Origin: the human T2T-CHM13v2.0 reference genome, Homo sapiens
DNA length: 64,000 bases
Direction: 5' to 3' (one strand)
NCBI RefSeq assembly: GCF_009914755.1
Contig: NC_060936.1
Both the position numbers and the translations under genes were made by a program. Shown piece by piece: positions 60,201-64,000 of the stretch. Under the pieces are notes generated by a model. It ran no database searches and had not been told where the DNA came from. It saw nothing but the letters and a program-made list of their open reading frames with translations. Position 1 is the first letter of the stretch, and each line of letters opens with the position of its first letter.

Positions 60201-62668
60201 GTAAACCTGATATAAATTGAATATTAAAGTTAGCTCATCTAATACTCACTCATTAGAATTTAAAAAAGAGCCGTTTATCCACTTCCAGTTCTTTTCTGAT
60301 AATGAAAAATTTAATCCAATCCAAAACAGAATTGCTTTGTCACGTATCAGGTTCTGTGTGTGTATCTATAAATGGAACAGAAAAATATTGAATCTGCTTA
60401 TCTATTCCTGGTTTGATCCCCTAAAACCTAGTTCAAGCATCACCTCATCTCTGAAGTCTTTCCTAACTCGTCGTCAGCATTAATTATTCCTTCTTTGTGA
60501 TATTTCTGTCTATGTTTTTATTTCTATTATTGTATTCATCACCTTATATTTAATTATTTGTTTACATATCCACGTAGTCATTCAAATTGTGAAGTCAAAG
60601 TCATCACTTCCATTGCATAAAACCCCTGGGCTAATGCACAGACATATTAATATGGTTTAAAGAAAGTGTTAAGTTTTATTAAGGTATTTTATTTAATGAT
60701 TTACCAATTCATCCTTATCTCGAATAAGCAGCAGGCTGGATTCTTTGGTGGAACAATCAGCTAGACTGTTATTCCAAGGGTTGACAGTGTGAGAAAATAA
60801 CAAGCATTTCTCTCGGAGTTGCTGCCAATATATTGGGCAGTTTAAGAGACCCGGTCTCTCTAAAGTAAAAAACAGAAATAAGAAATAAATGTTATATTTC
60901 TAACCTATCCCTGACACACCACAACCAATCACACACACACAGGTCATTATAAATGCTCAAAGTTTTTGATTATCACTGTGAGAACAATGAATTTGTTATA
61001 AAGTTGAGATTTTTGAGACCTACTGTTCATTCTAGTACCAAGAATTGGGAATTAGTGACCAGTTATCTTGAGCATAAATGGAATCATAAAATATTAAAAT
61101 AGGAAAACACCATCAGAATAATTTAAACTGCCACATCTTACATTTTAAGACAGTGAGAGACAGAATAACTTAAGTCCAGCCAGTCAGATGAAATATTTCC
61201 CACTACTTCTCAGTTTCCTTAAATTCATCACCAGTGCCTGTTTCACTGCACAGGCAACAATATAAAACTCATGTAAAAAGTACTGACTTTAAATGATGCA
61301 CAAAATGCATAGCAAATAATTATTTTCACTAAATTAATAAGAAATACCATGGAGAAAAAATTATAAGAAAATTTCCAATTGCTAAACGATGTATTTACCT
61401 ACTTAATGTGATCTATTGGATAGAATTTTCCAGAAGGACTTTCAGGTTTTCTTAAAACTTCCATTCTGTGAGAATGTGCACACAGATCATATTCCACTAT
61501 AGTCACTCAACAGTAGTCACCTTTTTTTATTAACACACACTGGAACAAGACTAATGTGGCTGCATGGTGAGGAAATATAATAAATAGTAAAGAATTCATT
61601 CTATGTTTAAGTTCTATCAATTAACTTCAGACCAAACTTAACAGCTCACTAAAATAATCAGATATTTCACATATTTCCTATCAACAGTGGAGTATCCTAG
61701 CAGAGGCTCCTCATGAGGCAGCATGCCTTGCTGGTTAAAACCTTAGGCTCATAAGTCAGACCACTTACATATAATTCCCAGCCTCATCACTTGGTGCTTA
61801 TGTGACCCTCAGCAAGTTGTTGAATCTTTTTATGTCTCAATTTTCTAATCCAGAAAAGCAGAATGATAAGAATATCTTAACATATGGATTGTTATGAATT
61901 GTGCCTAAGGTAACACATGAAATCTACCAAATATTAACAGTTATTCTTAGGAAATTGAAGCCACACAATTACCTGTTGTTTTATTCCTGCTCTGTTGAAT
62001 GTCCACACTGCATTTTTCTATTGATGATTTCTGTATTAAGGATGTCACTAGTACATAAGGAAAAACAAGAGTATTAAATGCTGAAATGTGTGGTGGAGTG
62101 GATATATTATATTTGTTACTTTAGGAAACTAGATAATCTCAACACGCTTGAATATGGACAGAAAATAAAAGTATTAGCGAAGTGGTAAAAAAAAAAAAAA
62201 GATCTCACCTACAGGAAGCATACAGAAACAAATAAGAAAAAACAAAACAGGTGGACTCACACAGGCATTAGGTTGCCTGTATCTACTAGGTAAGTCAATC
62301 TAAGGGGATTACTTAAGCTCTTAAATTGCCTACAGTCTCACCTGAACTTTATCATCTTCAAAATGAGTCTAATTGTGCCTGTTCCAAGGGAGAGATTGTC
62401 TACTGCAATCTGGAATTTTAGTAAGTACATTATAAACCATAAATAACTGGAAATTTTTCTTTTCTTTGTTATCATCAATTGTGATTTTTTTCAAAAGTTC
62501 TTGGGCCACATATATAATACCCCGTGATGACTCTCAGGGCAGTTAGGAAGACAAATATGAAAGGCTGGTATCCAAAGTGGATATGGACTGACTGTTAGAA
62601 ACATTGTTTCATGACTTTTTATTCATTGATTTTACACTAAGATTGGGGTAGCCAAATTATGTTGAGAT

Positions 62669-63636
62669 TGTGGGGAAAAGCAAGAGAGATCAGATTGTTA
62701 CTGTGTCTGTGTAGAAAGAAGTAGACATAGGAGACTCCTTTTTGTTATGTACTAAGAAAAATTCTTCTGCCTTGAGATTCTGTTAATCTATAACCTTACC
62801 CCCAACCCCTTGCTCTCTGAAACATGTGCTGTGTCAACTCAAGAGTTGAATGGATTAAGGGCGGTGCAAGATGTGCTTTGTTAAACAGATGCTTGAAGGC
62901 AGCATGCTCCTTAAGAGTCATCACCACTCCCTAATCTGAAGTACCCAGGGACACAAAAACTGCGGAAGGCCGCAGGGACCTCTGCCTAGGAAAGCCAGGT
63001 ATTGTCCAAGGTTTCTCCCCATGTGATAGTCTGAAATATGGCCTCGTGGGAAGGGAAAGACCTGACCGTCCCCCAGCCCGACACCCGTAAAGGTTCTGTG
63101 CTGAGGAGGATTAGTAAAAGAGGAAGGAATGCCTCTTTCAGTTGAGACAAGAGGAAGGCATCTGTCTCCTGCCTGTCCCTGGGCAATGGAATGTCTCGGT
63201 ATAAAACCCGATTGTATGCTCCATCTACTGAGATAGGGAAAAACTGCCTTAGGGCTGGAGGTGGGACCTGCGGGCAGCAATACTGCTTTGTAAAGCATTG
63301 AGATGTTTATGTGTATGCATATCTAAAAGCACAGCACTTAATCCTTTACATTGTCTATGATGCAAAGACCTTTGTTCACGTGTTTGTCTGCTGACCCTCT
63401 CCCCACAATTGTCTTGTGACCCTGACACATCCCCCTCTCGAGAAACACCCACAAATGATCAATAAATACTAAGGGAACTCAGAGGCTGGCGGGATCCTCC
63501 ATATGCTGAACGCTGGTTCCCCGGGTCCCCTTATTTCTTTCTCTATACTTTGTCTCTGTGTCTTTTTCTTTTCCAAATCTCTCGTCCCACCTTACGAGAA
63601 ACACCCACAGGTGTGTAGGGGCAACCCACCCCTACA
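62669..63636 (+). mobile_element. HERV-K(HML-2) LTR5_Hs solo LTR
   Basis: TGTGGGGAAAAGCAAGAGAG...GGGGCAACCCACCCCTACA; exactly 968 bp; 5-bp TSD GAGAT; AATAAA 63461-63466; ATGCAAAG 63360-63367. Confidence 0.96.
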
Positions 63637-64000
63637 GAGATGCTCTAAGATACGTAATGGAAGTAGAGTAAGTATTATGAAACAGATGATGGTGCCCCAC
63701 TTACCTGAAACACTCAACCCAGTAACAACCAAGACAAGGAGAATAATCCCAGCACAGCTAAGTTTCAGGGCAAATTGATGCCAAGGTGAACCCTGACAGA
63801 CATCTGAAAAGTTAAAAAGAAAAACACAAAAACAAACAAACAAACAAACGAAACAAAAAACCTTGGTTAACTCAGTGGAGTACATCTGGCACAAAAATGT
63901 ACTTGGGATAACATAGGGACAATTAGATTCAGCTTGGGGGATGGGGGCAGGGAACAACCTCTATCCATCATTCTAAAAGTAGAGTCCTGCAAGATGGGTT

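Overview
Primate (most likely human) genomic DNA, largely made of transposable elements. The left end holds the 5' end of a DDX11 (ChlR1)-family helicase gene on the minus strand: a CpG-island promoter and exon 1 (~6.7-7.1 kb) and coding exon 2 (2275-2422; MANETQKVG...ESPTGT). Orientation and an AT-rich right flank suggest the segmental-duplication paralog DDX12P (12p13) rather than DDX11, but this is inference. Intron 1 carries an antisense, TSD-flanked SNORA75/U23 retrocopy. Upstream are a co-oriented LTR12C solo LTR, a nested Tigger3/MER21/MER4 cluster, a decayed class-I ERV (gag-pro-RT, Arg-type PBS), a near-full-length L1PA2-type element (intact ORF1 and ORF0, frameshifted ORF2, YY1 site deleted) and a HERV-K LTR5_Hs solo LTR. 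Most short ORFs in the track are repeat-derived noise. No new biological system is demonstrable from sequence alone. The best leads are: (i) an alternative exon1-to-internal-acceptor frame that would remove the helicase Q motif; (ii) two retroelement promoters aimed at the helicase gene, one lacking its own poly(A) signal and one with an in-frame ORF0 splice donor; (iii) a cluster of micro-exon-like segments in the unique AT-rich right part. Repeat subfamily names come from recalled consensus sequences, and some boundaries are approximate.
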